Positions 1-9,047 are shown, counted from the first letter of the stretch. The stretch: 32,886 nt of DNA from an uncultured Thermotogae bacterium (GCA_964654805.1 CAZZJU010000003.1:1-32886); one strand, 5' to 3'. The notes: generated by a model not told the origin, from the letters alone. Made by a program: numbers and translations.

Positions 1-75
1 ACTGTACATATACCATCCTCATCATAGAGTTGGCACTGGTGTCGTGCAGCTGACCCTTTCAAGCCCCAGTGAATG

Positions 76-348
76 TTAATGGAAGATGTATAAAAATACA
101 TCCAGCCGATGTAGGGCAGTGTTCTCCGGGGACATCGGGGCCAGATTGAGCGCCTTCGCCCGTTCCTCGGTGATCGGAACGCAGATCAGCCCACGAGCGA
201 CCCGGGCCATGAAGTTGATCGCCTCCGGGGTGGCGTGCTCGGCCGCGATCACGAGGTCTCCCTCGTTCTCCCGGTCCTCGTCGTCCACAATGATGAGCAT
301 CTTCCCGGCCCGGATTCGGGCTATCGCCTCTTCAACCGTGATGAACAT
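76..348 (-). pseudogene. ribB: N-terminal ~80 aa of 3,4-dihydroxy-2-butanone-4-phosphate synthase (RibB or RibBA), truncated
   Basis: Motifs [15 protein letters not shown] and [15 protein letters not shown] are typical of RibB. Similarity ends after ENTALH (~109), followed by an unrelated tail and TAA. It lies directly downstream of riboflavin synthase. The truncation may be an assembly artefact. Confidence 0.85.
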
Positions 349-925
349 TCAGCATCCTCTCCACGTATTTGCCCAGGATATCGAACTCCAGATTAACCGC
401 GTCCCCGGGGTGTCGGTCGCAAAGATTGGTGCCTTCATACGTTTTATCGATCACCGCACACTGAAAGCTCGAACTGCTCACCGCAAATGCAGTCAGGCTA
501 ATCCCGTCGACCGCAATTGATCCCTTCTCCACCAGGTAGCGCGCGTACTCCGGAGGATAGCTAAATGTAAATTCCCATCCGGTATTCCGCCGTACAATCT
601 TATTCACACGCCCGATTGCATCAATGTGCCCGAGCACGATATGCCCGTCGAGCCCTTCTTCCGGCCGGAGCGGAAGCTCCAAATTCACACGCATTCCGAA
701 AGAAAGGCTGCCGATGGTTGTTCGGCGGGCGGTCTCCTCGGATACATCTGCCGTGAATTTCCCGTTCCCGAGCTCGCGGACTGTCAAGCATGCGCCGTTC
801 ACCGCAACGCTACTCCCAGGGGAGAGCCGGATAAAAACATTCTCCGGCACTTCGACGGTGAGTCTGCCGTTCCTCTGGTCTGCCACTCGGCCCAACCCGC
901 AAACGATTCCTGTAAACATCGGCAT
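332..925 (-). CDS. ribE: Riboflavin synthase (alpha chain type)
   Basis: N-terminal MFTGIV (ATG at 919, alternative ATG at 925), [43 protein letters not shown]. Confidence 0.95.
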   Translation of the reverse strand: MPMFTGIVCGLGRVADQRNGRLTVEVPENVFIRLSPGSSVAVNGACLTVRELGNGKFTADVSEETARRTTIGSLSFGMRVNLELPLRPEEGLDGHIVLGHIDAIGRVNKIVRRNTGWEFTFSYPPEYARYLVEKGSIAVDGISLTAFAVSSSSFQCAVIDKTYEGTNLCDRHPGDAVNLEFDILGKYVERMLNVHHG

Positions 926-930
926 TTCCG

Positions 931-959
931 AGTTTAGCGGAACGGATTTACGTTATCAA
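931..959 (-). promoter_or_regulatory. Sigma70-type promoter for ribE-ribB
   Basis: Minus strand TTGATA-17 nt-TAAACT, 5 nt before ATG 925. Confidence 0.6.
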
Positions 960-1010
960 TGAAGTTGCAAAGAAAGACTCCTTGGGATACTCTTCTCTTT
1001 GGAGGTTAAC

Positions 1011-2564
1011 GTGCGTAAATACACCGTTTATTCACTGCTGGGATTTGTTTTTATTCTCCTTATCTTTTCATCTGTCTCTCTGGGTCGGAATACAAGTATC
1101 ACTTATAAAATCTACGCCGAAGGGAAACACCGAGATATCGAAGTGAAGACCGCCCTTGCTGATTACGTGTTTTCTGAAGACGGTGGAACTTTGAAGAGCG
1201 TTTATCTCTATTTCGCCCCTTACGGAACTAAACCGACTGAACTCATCCCAGGGACGAAGACCAGCTTTAAAGACGGTTCGTATACCCGCCAGTATTTGGC
1301 GAATATCGTCTTCCCGTTCTCGGTCCAGACGGAAGGAACGACATCATTCGGAACCTACACTCTTTCCCCTCCTAAGTCTCCTTCCCCGGACGAACTTATA
1401 GTGGAGTTCATCGGCACGTTTGCCGGGGCAAAAGTTACAAAAAAGTTTGTTCTGCACAATGAGCCCTATTACACTGTTGACTGCACCGTAACGATCGAGA
1501 ACACTTCCAATAAACCGCTTCCGTTAGCACTCGTTCTCGGGGACTACGCACCAGGCAGTAGCCCTTCCCTTGTCTACCAATTCGATGGAACGGCGAGTTC
1601 CGCACCATTGGCCCCTGGCTCTTATACCTCGTTCGACGGAGTCGGGCTGATGGACAAAGCAACTGTATATTTCCTCATCACACGGGAGATGAAAGGGGTC
1701 GCTCCGTTCACTGCCTCCCATGGTGAGCGACGTCTTTTCGGGATCAATTTTTCCGCTCCCCCGGGAAAGAATTCCTATTCCTTCACCCTATACGGAGGAC
1801 GTAGGCGCTACTTACTGATGGAAGCTGTCGGATTAGGGAGTTTGGACAACCCAGGTACAGGAGCACGGATGATCATTCCTGTGGTCCAGTTCTTGGAATG
1901 GCTGTACCGGCACACAGGCAACTACGGATGGGCGATCATTCTGTTCACCCTGGTGACACGGTTGGTGTTGTTCCCGCTCATGCGCAAACAATACCACTCG
2001 ATGGCCAAGATGCAGAAGCTCCAGCCGAAGCTGCGTGAGATTCAGAAGAGGTTCAAGGATGACCGCCAGCTTCTCCAACAGAAGATGATGGAGCTTTATA
2101 AACGGGAGGGAGTAAACCCGATGGGCGGATGTCTCCCGATGTTCATTCAACTACCGATTCTGATCCTCCTGTGGAAGGCAATCCTGTATTCTAGCGAGGC
2201 AATCCACCTTTCACCCAGCTTCCTTTGGATACCGGATCTCAGCCTGCGCGATCCGTACTTCATTCTAGTAATTCTTACTACCGGGGCGATGATCCTTCAG
2301 CAGCGGTTGATGACCCCGATGACCGCCGACGCAAGTGGGTCGCAGAAGTACATGGGATACATCTTCCCGCTGTTCATGGCCTTCTTCTTCTGGAACTTCC
2401 CAGCCGGTCTGTGGTTATACTATCTGCTTACAACCGTATCCCAGGTCGGGCAGCAGGCGTTCGTCAATTGGGAATTGGCTAAAGCGGAAGCCGGAGCCCC
2501 TTCCGTGGCACCGGAAGAACCGGAGGAGGAACCAGGGAATGGAGACGGTCAAAGCGGCAATTAG
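1011..2564 (+). CDS. yidC: Membrane protein insertase YidC with large extracytoplasmic domain
   Basis: GNYGWAIILFTLVTRLVLFPL, GVNPMGGCLP, FLWIPDLSLRDP, PAGLWLY. GGAGG at 1001-1005 precedes GTG 1011. Followed by jag and mnmE. Confidence 0.95.
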   Translation: MRKYTVYSLLGFVFILLIFSSVSLGRNTSITYKIYAEGKHRDIEVKTALADYVFSEDGGTLKSVYLYFAPYGTKPTELIPGTKTSFKDGSYTRQYLANIVFPFSVQTEGTTSFGTYTLSPPKSPSPDELIVEFIGTFAGAKVTKKFVLHNEPYYTVDCTVTIENTSNKPLPLALVLGDYAPGSSPSLVYQFDGTASSAPLAPGSYTSFDGVGLMDKATVYFLITREMKGVAPFTASHGERRLFGINFSAPPGKNSYSFTLYGGRRRYLLMEAVGLGSLDNPGTGARMIIPVVQFLEWLYRHTGNYGWAIILFTLVTRLVLFPLMRKQYHSMAKMQKLQPKLREIQKRFKDDRQLLQQKMMELYKREGVNPMGGCLPMFIQLPILILLWKAILYSSEAIHLSPSFLWIPDLSLRDPYFILVILTTGAMILQQRLMTPMTADASGSQKYMGYIFPLFMAFFFWNFPAGLWLYYLLTTVSQVGQQAFVNWELAKAEAGAPSVAPEEPEEEPGNGDGQSGN

Positions 2565-2991
2565 GGCCTATCTGTCCGAGCTTCTTTCCATCATGGAGGA
2601 AGAGGCTACCTTCGAAATCGAGGGAGATTCTTACGACGACATCTACATCAATCTTACCGGCAGCCTTTTCTCCCTCCCCGAAGAACGGCCCGTTCTAACA
2701 GCTTTGCAACACCTTCTACGGACCCATTTACGTCGAGTTACGGGCAAGGACTGCGAGATTATCCTCGACGTGAACGGCGCAGTGAAACGCAGACGGGCCG
2801 AACTGATCAGGTTCGCCCTTACCGCCGCTGAATCGGTCCGCCGGGAACACAAGCGAATCAGGCTGAACCCGATGCCACGCCTCGATCGGCGTACGATTCA
2901 TATAACGCTCGCCAACTTTCCTGGAGTACGCACTTACAGCGTTGGAAAGGGAGACCAACGCCGGGTGGTAATCGAGCCGGAAGAGACATGA
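2539..2991 (+). CDS. jag: Jag/KhpB-family RNA-binding protein (KH-like plus R3H, no Jag_N domain)
   Basis: R3H motif LNPMPRLDRRTIH, TYSVGKGDQRRVVI, ILDVNG. Sits between yidC and mnmE. ATG 2539 has GGAGGA upstream; the longer ORF-track start lies deep inside yidC. Confidence 0.85.
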   Translation: METVKAAIRAYLSELLSIMEEEATFEIEGDSYDDIYINLTGSLFSLPEERPVLTALQHLLRTHLRRVTGKDCEIILDVNGAVKRRRAELIRFALTAAESVRREHKRIRLNPMPRLDRRTIHITLANFPGVRTYSVGKGDQRRVVIEPEET

Positions 2992-4355
2992 TTGAGCCCG
3001 ACACGATAGCCGCGATTTCCACCCCGCTCGGGGAAGGGGGGATTGGAATCGTGCGCATGAGCGGTCCGCGGTCGATCGAGATCGCGGAGAAGGTATTCCA
3101 ACCGAGCTCTCGAATCTGTCTTTCCCGGGTTCCAACTCACACTCTGCATCACGGGTTCATCATCGACGGAGAAAGAAAAATCGACGAGGTTTTGGTCTCA
3201 GTGATGCGCGCTCCACGGACTTACACCCGCGAGGATATCGTGGAGATCAACTGTCATGGTGGGATCGCCGCCGTCCGCGCCGTGCTCGATTTGCTACTGC
3301 GTAACGGGGCGCGGCTCGCCGAGCGCGGGGAGTTCACCAAGCGTGCGTTCCTGAATGGGAGGATCTCCCTTGATCAGGCGCAAGCGGTCCTCGACGCAGT
3401 GCGGGCCCAGACCCAACTCGGGCTCGAAGCGGCGATCGAGCGGATCGGAGGAAGGTTTACACAAGAGATCGCCACTTTGCGGGATGAAATCGCAACTGTT
3501 CTGGCTGACATCGAAGTAGAAATTGATTATCCCGACATCGACGCTGACGTAGAGCCGTTCCTTCCCCGAATCAAACACCTGCGTGACAGGGTAGATAAAC
3601 TCATCCGGCAGGCGGACCGCGGACGGGTGGTGCGTGAAGGACTGACGGTTGCGATCGTCGGTCGGCCGAACGTGGGTAAATCGACCCTTCTGAATACGCT
3701 CCTTGCTGAAGAAAGAGCGATCGTAACCCCGATACCGGGCACAACCAGGGATACCGTGGAAGAAGTAACAGAGATATCCGGAATTCCGGTGCGCTTGATA
3801 GACACGGCTGGGTTACGCTCTCCAACCGATGAAGTGGAGAAAGAAGGGGTCAAGAGAGCCAAGCGCGCGGTCGAAAGATCCGATCTCATACTTCTGCTGC
3901 TCGATAGAAGCGCTCCTCTCTCCGAAGAGGACAGAAGATTACTCTCCACGGACTGGCGCCGTCCGGCAGTACTCGTATTGAATAAATCGGATCTCCCTCC
4001 AGCGTTTGATAACGACGAAATTGAATTCAACAACTACCTAAAAGTTTATGAGATATCTGCCAAAACAGGCGATGGGGTGAATAATCTGGCGAAGGGGATC
4101 GTCGACTCCGTCCTTGCAGGAGGAGTCCCGGCCCGTGGCACGTTCCTTCTGCTCGACACGTGGGAGCGAGACCTGTTACATCGCACTAGAGACGCCCTCC
4201 ATCGCGCGGTGGACGCAGTGACATCGGGATTCAGTCTGGATATCGTAGCAGAAGAGCTGAAAACGGCTTATCTTGAAGCGGGCAAACTCCAAGGCATAGA
4301 CATTTCAGAAGATATCCTCACCAAGATATTCGCCCGTTTCTGCGTGGGAAAGTGA
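2988..4355 (+). CDS. mnmE: tRNA modification GTPase MnmE (TrmE)
   Basis: DTIAAISTPLGEGGIGIVRMSG, GRPNVGKS, PGTTRD, DTAG, NKSD, C-terminal FCVGK. Confidence 0.97.
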   Translation: MIEPDTIAAISTPLGEGGIGIVRMSGPRSIEIAEKVFQPSSRICLSRVPTHTLHHGFIIDGERKIDEVLVSVMRAPRTYTREDIVEINCHGGIAAVRAVLDLLLRNGARLAERGEFTKRAFLNGRISLDQAQAVLDAVRAQTQLGLEAAIERIGGRFTQEIATLRDEIATVLADIEVEIDYPDIDADVEPFLPRIKHLRDRVDKLIRQADRGRVVREGLTVAIVGRPNVGKSTLLNTLLAEERAIVTPIPGTTRDTVEEVTEISGIPVRLIDTAGLRSPTDEVEKEGVKRAKRAVERSDLILLLLDRSAPLSEEDRRLLSTDWRRPAVLVLNKSDLPPAFDNDEIEFNNYLKVYEISAKTGDGVNNLAKGIVDSVLAGGVPARGTFLLLDTWERDLLHRTRDALHRAVDAVTSGFSLDIVAEELKTAYLEAGKLQGIDISEDILTKIFARFCVGK

Positions 4356-4445
4356 TTGATGTCCCCACCCAACGGGACAACGGCGCGCTTTTTGCATCTC
4401 TTTCGTCTTTCTCGAAGAAGACAGAGAAGATACACTGGTTACGGA

Positions 4446-6086
4446 ATGAAAATTACTGCGAAAAAAATGTCTTTGCCGCTGATCCGGGAACACGTTGCCG
4501 GAATTTTGCACCTGATCATGTATCCTGTTGCCGCCACTGTGTTGCTCCTCGCGTTCATCGGCCCGCGATTGGAGCTGGTTGGGCTGTTCCTCGGTCTCCT
4601 TTTGCTCTCAGTACGCAAATGGCAGCCAGTCAGCGCGGTCGGTGCTGCATTGGCGGCAATCGGATTTGGGTTCAGAGTCCGCTTTGTCACTGATCCCACC
4701 GGAGGATATTTTTTCCTTAACTGGATTTCAATTCCGCTTACGTTGGGATGGATTCTATTCATCATTTGGACGCGCGAGGCTCTGCGACGTGGGTTCCCGC
4801 AACGCGGGATCCAGCTCGCGATAGACATGATTTTAGTCCTCACTGCGTTGCTCCTCGGGCTAGCCTCGCCGCAAACCCGCACTTTACCGGTCGCTTTCTA
4901 TATTCCCATCGTCTCTCTGTTCCTCATCGCCCTCGAGCTGAAACGAGCATTGAATGACGCGTCGATTAAGGAAGATCATTCGGCAATTGCGTTTATGTTA
5001 GCATTGTTCGGAATAAGCGGAGCGATGAAGGGAGCGGTGTCGATTTCCCTCATCGGGCCACTTGCCACGCTCGGATTCCCGTTGTTCGCCACTGCTCAGC
5101 TCAAGTTCATGATCGGGGGTGCTGATGAAATCGTATTTTCATCCCACCGTTTCTCAATAACCGGCTTTCTGGTGACTTCACTCCTCGTCTCAAGTGCGTT
5201 TACCATCGCGGCGGTGGGATTCGCCAAAAGCACCCCTGCGTACGCCATTGTCCCCGTGGCGCTAACCTTAGGATTATTGGTTTTCCAACGCGTCGGAAGC
5301 GGAAGCAAAAGATCACGGCTCATTGTGCCCGAAGGAGAGCGATTCGCCTTTGGGATCAGGTTCGCTGCTATATCCCTCGATGATGCTGTAGTGCGCGTGG
5401 AACGGATGCTCAGGGAAAAAGGGAATGGACGATTCGTCGTCACCCCGAACAGCGCTTCTATCATAAAGGCAGAGATGGAACCGGCTCTGCTCACCGCCTA
5501 TGAACAGGCAGATCTTGTGCTTCCGGACGGGATCGGTGTGGTGTGGGCAAGTCGACTTCTTGGAATACCCATTCCCATGCGAGTAACCGGTGTCGATCTG
5601 GTAGAGCGCGTCCTCTCTCGAGCAGGGGCCTCCGGAACGCGGGTCTTCCTGCTCGGGGGAAGACCCGGTGTAGCGGCCCGGGCGGCGGCTCGGCTGAAAG
5701 CGCGGTATCCCGACCTCATCATAGTCGGGATACATCACGGATACTTCCACAATGATGATAAAGTGATAAACACGATCGCCGCAGCGAATCCTGACTTGGT
5801 GCTAGTGGGAATGGGCGTACCCCGCCAAGAGTTGTTCATGCTCACTGCTCGAGCGAAACTCACCGGAGTAGTGATGATCGGAGTGGGCGGGGCGCTCGAT
5901 CTGTTCGCCGGCGACTGTCGAAGAGCCCCTGAAATCTGGCAACGTCTCGGATTGGAATGGCTCTACCGGCTGATTCAAAATCCGCGCCGGATTGCGGAAG
6001 TAATTATGGTCTTCCGGTTCGCCATCCGAGTGCTGCTTCTGTGGGTGTCACTATTGTCCCGACGGCTTGCTCTCCAAGAGGATTAA
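4446..6086 (+). CDS. WecG/TagA/CpsF (GT26) glycosyltransferase with an N-terminal multi-TM degenerate TagO/WecA-like domain
   Basis: C-terminal half has VVTPN, ADLVLPDGIGVVWA, RVTGVDL, VGMGVPRQE, GVGGALD, RAP and LGLEWLYRL. The N-terminal ~290 aa are hydrophobic and resemble GT4/WecA. Start uncertain (4446 or 4467). Confidence 0.85.
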   Translation: MKITAKKMSLPLIREHVAGILHLIMYPVAATVLLLAFIGPRLELVGLFLGLLLLSVRKWQPVSAVGAALAAIGFGFRVRFVTDPTGGYFFLNWISIPLTLGWILFIIWTREALRRGFPQRGIQLAIDMILVLTALLLGLASPQTRTLPVAFYIPIVSLFLIALELKRALNDASIKEDHSAIAFMLALFGISGAMKGAVSISLIGPLATLGFPLFATAQLKFMIGGADEIVFSSHRFSITGFLVTSLLVSSAFTIAAVGFAKSTPAYAIVPVALTLGLLVFQRVGSGSKRSRLIVPEGERFAFGIRFAAISLDDAVVRVERMLREKGNGRFVVTPNSASIIKAEMEPALLTAYEQADLVLPDGIGVVWASRLLGIPIPMRVTGVDLVERVLSRAGASGTRVFLLGGRPGVAARAAARLKARYPDLIIVGIHHGYFHNDDKVINTIAAANPDLVLVGMGVPRQELFMLTARAKLTGVVMIGVGGALDLFAGDCRRAPEIWQRLGLEWLYRLIQNPRRIAEVIMVFRFAIRVLLLWVSLLSRRLALQED

Positions 6087-7804
6087 TCCTCTATTAAATC
6101 CACTGCCTCCACCTGTACTGTCCCCCGCCAGTCGTCAAAACCAGGCCGGAAGATGAGTCCCTTACCGGTCGCCTGCTCAAACTTGTCAATATGACGCCCC
6201 ATCCGAAAGGCGATAAACGGTATGCTTTTCCCATTCTGGCTTACCATGCCTTTAAGATGCTGGCGTTGTCCACCGACGAGTGTCAGGTCGAAGAAACGGC
6301 AGTCCCGCATAAGGAAGAGAGGAGCGGGATTACCCGGACCGTACGGAGAGAGCGAACGAATGTTAGTGTAGAATCGCATATCGATCTCGGCCGCGTCGAT
6401 AGTCGCATCATACTGCTGCTTTATCGCTGTGGAATACCCCTCTTCGTGGGTCACACACTCAAGGAGCCTCGCCTGCAGCTCAGCCAGGAGCTCATTTTTC
6501 ACGGTGAATCCAGCAGCCATCTTGTGTCCGCCGTACCGCACGAGGATATCGGCATTTTTTCTTAGACAGGCGATCATATCGAACCCATCCACACTCCGAC
6601 ATGAACCGCGGCTCACCTGATCCCCTTCAGAGATGATCACTGTCGGAACGCGGTAACGGTCGGCGAGGTTGGATGCAGCAAGCCCGATGATCCCCTCGTT
6701 CCAGTACTTCCCAGAAAGAATGATTATCCCATCTTGACGTGGATCTATTCCTTCCTTGGCCATCTCCTCCTGAGCTTGCGCTATCAGGTCCGTCTGCGCT
6801 ATCTCCCGGTCGCGGTTGTAGTCTAACAAAACCTCGCTCAAATACTCGGCGCGTTCCTTCAACTTAGTGGTCAACAGGAGAAACGCGACCTTGGGATCGC
6901 CAGCGCGGTTAGCCGCATTCAGCTTGGGAGCGATGATGTAGCCGATATCCGACGCGGTGAGCTTCTTCGGATTGAGCGACAACCGTTCCATCAAGACGCG
7001 TAGTCCTAGGGACGATCCTTCCCCGCGTGCGATCAGGTTGAACGCCTCACGCACAAGCGCGCGGTTCTCCACCTCTCCATCATCCGAGAGGGGAACAAGA
7101 TCTGCAATTGTGCCCAATCCCACAAGGTCGAGCAACTGATACGGCACCGGCTTGCCAAGCCGCTCGTACAGGGCGCTTAGCAGCTTGTAGGCAACTCCAA
7201 CCCCAGCAAGATGACGGTTTGGATATTTATCTCCGGGCAGTTGAGGGTCGATCACCGCGGTCGCCGGGGGAAGTGTCGCCGGAGGCACATGATGATCGGT
7301 GATGATCGTATCCACCCCTGCCTCGCGCAGGGCAGCAACCTCATCGGTATTGGAGACACCGCAGTCCACTGTAAGAACCAGTGAGAAACCTTCGTCGATC
7401 GCCCGCAGCACGAACTCATGGGAAAGACCGTGTCCGTGGCGGCGGTCGCCGACTTCCACCTTGATAGTCCCCTTTGGAAAAAGAGGGGAAAGCCCACGGT
7501 AGAGAACGGCCGCCCCGGTCAACCCATCAACATCAAAATCACCGTGGATGAATAACTTCTCACCGCGGGACACCGCCGCGAGCAGGCGTGCGATCCCTTT
7601 ATCTATTCCCGACAGGGAAAAGGGAGAATGAAACTGCGGAAATCCCGGATCGAGCAGTCCCCGCCATCGCTTCCCACCTCGCCGTGCGAGTAGGATACCA
7701 AGACCACGGGAACAGCCAAGAGAAGAGACCACCTCCCCGACTATCTCTTCATCCGGGGCGGGAGCAAGTTCCCATTCCCTTCCTGGGAAGAGAAGGGAGT
7801 TCAT
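6083..7804 (-). CDS. recJ: Single-stranded-DNA-specific exonuclease RecJ
   Basis: HGDFDVDG, TVDCG, ITDHH, GTIADLVPL, PKLNAANR, RGSCRS, GGHKMAAG, PYGPGNP. Confidence 0.96.
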   Translation of the reverse strand: MNSLLFPGREWELAPAPDEEIVGEVVSSLGCSRGLGILLARRGGKRWRGLLDPGFPQFHSPFSLSGIDKGIARLLAAVSRGEKLFIHGDFDVDGLTGAAVLYRGLSPLFPKGTIKVEVGDRRHGHGLSHEFVLRAIDEGFSLVLTVDCGVSNTDEVAALREAGVDTIITDHHVPPATLPPATAVIDPQLPGDKYPNRHLAGVGVAYKLLSALYERLGKPVPYQLLDLVGLGTIADLVPLSDDGEVENRALVREAFNLIARGEGSSLGLRVLMERLSLNPKKLTASDIGYIIAPKLNAANRAGDPKVAFLLLTTKLKERAEYLSEVLLDYNRDREIAQTDLIAQAQEEMAKEGIDPRQDGIIILSGKYWNEGIIGLAASNLADRYRVPTVIISEGDQVSRGSCRSVDGFDMIACLRKNADILVRYGGHKMAAGFTVKNELLAELQARLLECVTHEEGYSTAIKQQYDATIDAAEIDMRFYTNIRSLSPYGPGNPAPLFLMRDCRFFDLTLVGGQRQHLKGMVSQNGKSIPFIAFRMGRHIDKFEQATGKGLIFRPGFDDWRGTVQVEAVDLIED

Positions 7805-8697
7805 TTACCTCTCTTTGCCCCTGCCTTAATGGTCCACCAGTAGAGGATCGGGTTGGCGATGTACATCGAGGAATATGTACCGACTATAACTCCGATCAGC
7901 AGCGCAAGGGAGAATCCACGCAGGACTGTTCCTCCAAACAGGAACATGATGAATACCGGTATAAATGTGGTGAACGAAGTGTTCAACGTACGGGAGAGCG
8001 ATTGGTTGACACTTTTGTTTATGATATCAAAGATCGACATTTTGCGTTCGATTTTGATGTTCTCCCGAATGCGGTCGAAGATAACGATCGTGTCGTTCAG
8101 GGAATATCCAACGATCGTCAAAAACGCGGCGATCGTGGCTAAATTCACCTCGATGTGGAACAGGGCAAACACTCCAAGAGCAATCGACACGTCGTGGATT
8201 AACGCCACAACCGCACCAACTGCGTAACGGAGGCGGAATCTCCACGAAACGTAAACAAGTATCACGAGAAGTGCGAGGAGGACAGCCTGCCAACCTTTTT
8301 CCGCCAGTTCTCGGCTCACTTGCTTACCTACTGAGTAGCGGCTCACGTCCACCACTTTGAACTTCTTCCGCAGGGTATTCTCTATCTCCTGGATCGTGCT
8401 CTGATTCGCTTCCACATCCAGCTTGGTAGTGATCACCATCGTATCTTTTCCGGCCACTTTCTGAATAACGCTCTTGGAAAGGTCGACTGGAGCGGGAATC
8501 TCAGCAAGGACTTTACGTACATCAGCGGTGGAAACCGGCTCGCCGAACTTGACCGTGAATTCCGTTCCACCAGTAAAGTCAATTCCCGGGTTGAGTCCTC
8601 TCACCCCGGGAATTACAAGGATCCAGCTCAATACCACGAACAGAATAGAAAGGGGAACGAAATACTTCGCCTTACCGAGGAAATCGTAGTGGTGCAT
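7801..8697 (-). CDS. secF: Protein translocase subunit SecF
   Basis: GIDFTGGT, ALIHDV, GYSLNDTIVIFDRIREN, LSRTLNTS, GTYSSMYIA. Confidence 0.96.
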   Translation of the reverse strand: MHHYDFLGKAKYFVPLSILFVVLSWILVIPGVRGLNPGIDFTGGTEFTVKFGEPVSTADVRKVLAEIPAPVDLSKSVIQKVAGKDTMVITTKLDVEANQSTIQEIENTLRKKFKVVDVSRYSVGKQVSRELAEKGWQAVLLALLVILVYVSWRFRLRYAVGAVVALIHDVSIALGVFALFHIEVNLATIAAFLTIVGYSLNDTIVIFDRIRENIKIERKMSIFDIINKSVNQSLSRTLNTSFTTFIPVFIMFLFGGTVLRGFSLALLIGVIVGTYSSMYIANPILYWWTIKAGAKRGK

Positions 8698-8715
8698 ACG
8701 GAGCCTCCTCCTGGG

Positions 8716-8976
8716 TTAAGCCGACTGGATCTTACGCATCCACCGTGACTTGATTCGACTCGCCTTGTTCTTGTGAAACGCATGTCCTTTTGCCGCTTTA
8801 TCGGCCGCTTTGGCAAGCTGAGGAATCAGAGCACGGGCCTTTTCCTTCTCCCCGGCAGCGAGATGAATGCGGATCTGTTTTATCACCTTCTTCACCGCCT
8901 TCTTTCTCGCCCGGTTTCTCAGGCGACGCTTCTCACTCTGGCGTAAACGCTTCTCTGCTGAACGGATGTTAGGTAT
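8716..8976 (-). CDS. rpsT: 30S ribosomal protein S20, probable ATA start codon
   Basis: PNIRSAEKRLRQSEKRRLRN...DKAAKGHAFHKNKASRIKSR. SD GAGGTG lies 6 nt upstream of ATA 8976-8974. Confidence 0.95.
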   Translation of the reverse strand: MPNIRSAEKRLRQSEKRRLRNRARKKAVKKVIKQIRIHLAAGEKEKARALIPQLAKAADKAAKGHAFHKNKASRIKSRWMRKIQSA

Positions 8977-9018
8977 TTCAATCACCTCTGAAAGCTATTC
9001 CACGTTGTGCATCGTCGA

Positions 9019-9047
9019 ATCTTAGCGGATCGGAAAGAGATAATCAA
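9019..9047 (-). promoter_or_regulatory. Sigma70-type promoter for rpsT-secF-recJ
   Basis: Minus strand TTGATT-17 nt-TAAGAT. Confidence 0.6.

Noticed and set aside
926-1010. oriC near yidC/mnmE
   Set aside because: No DnaA-box cluster or AT-rich unwinding element; the intergenic space is too small.
2335-2538. ORF-track N-terminal extension of Jag
   Set aside because: It lies within yidC in another frame, is not Jag_N-like, and an SD supports ATG 2539.
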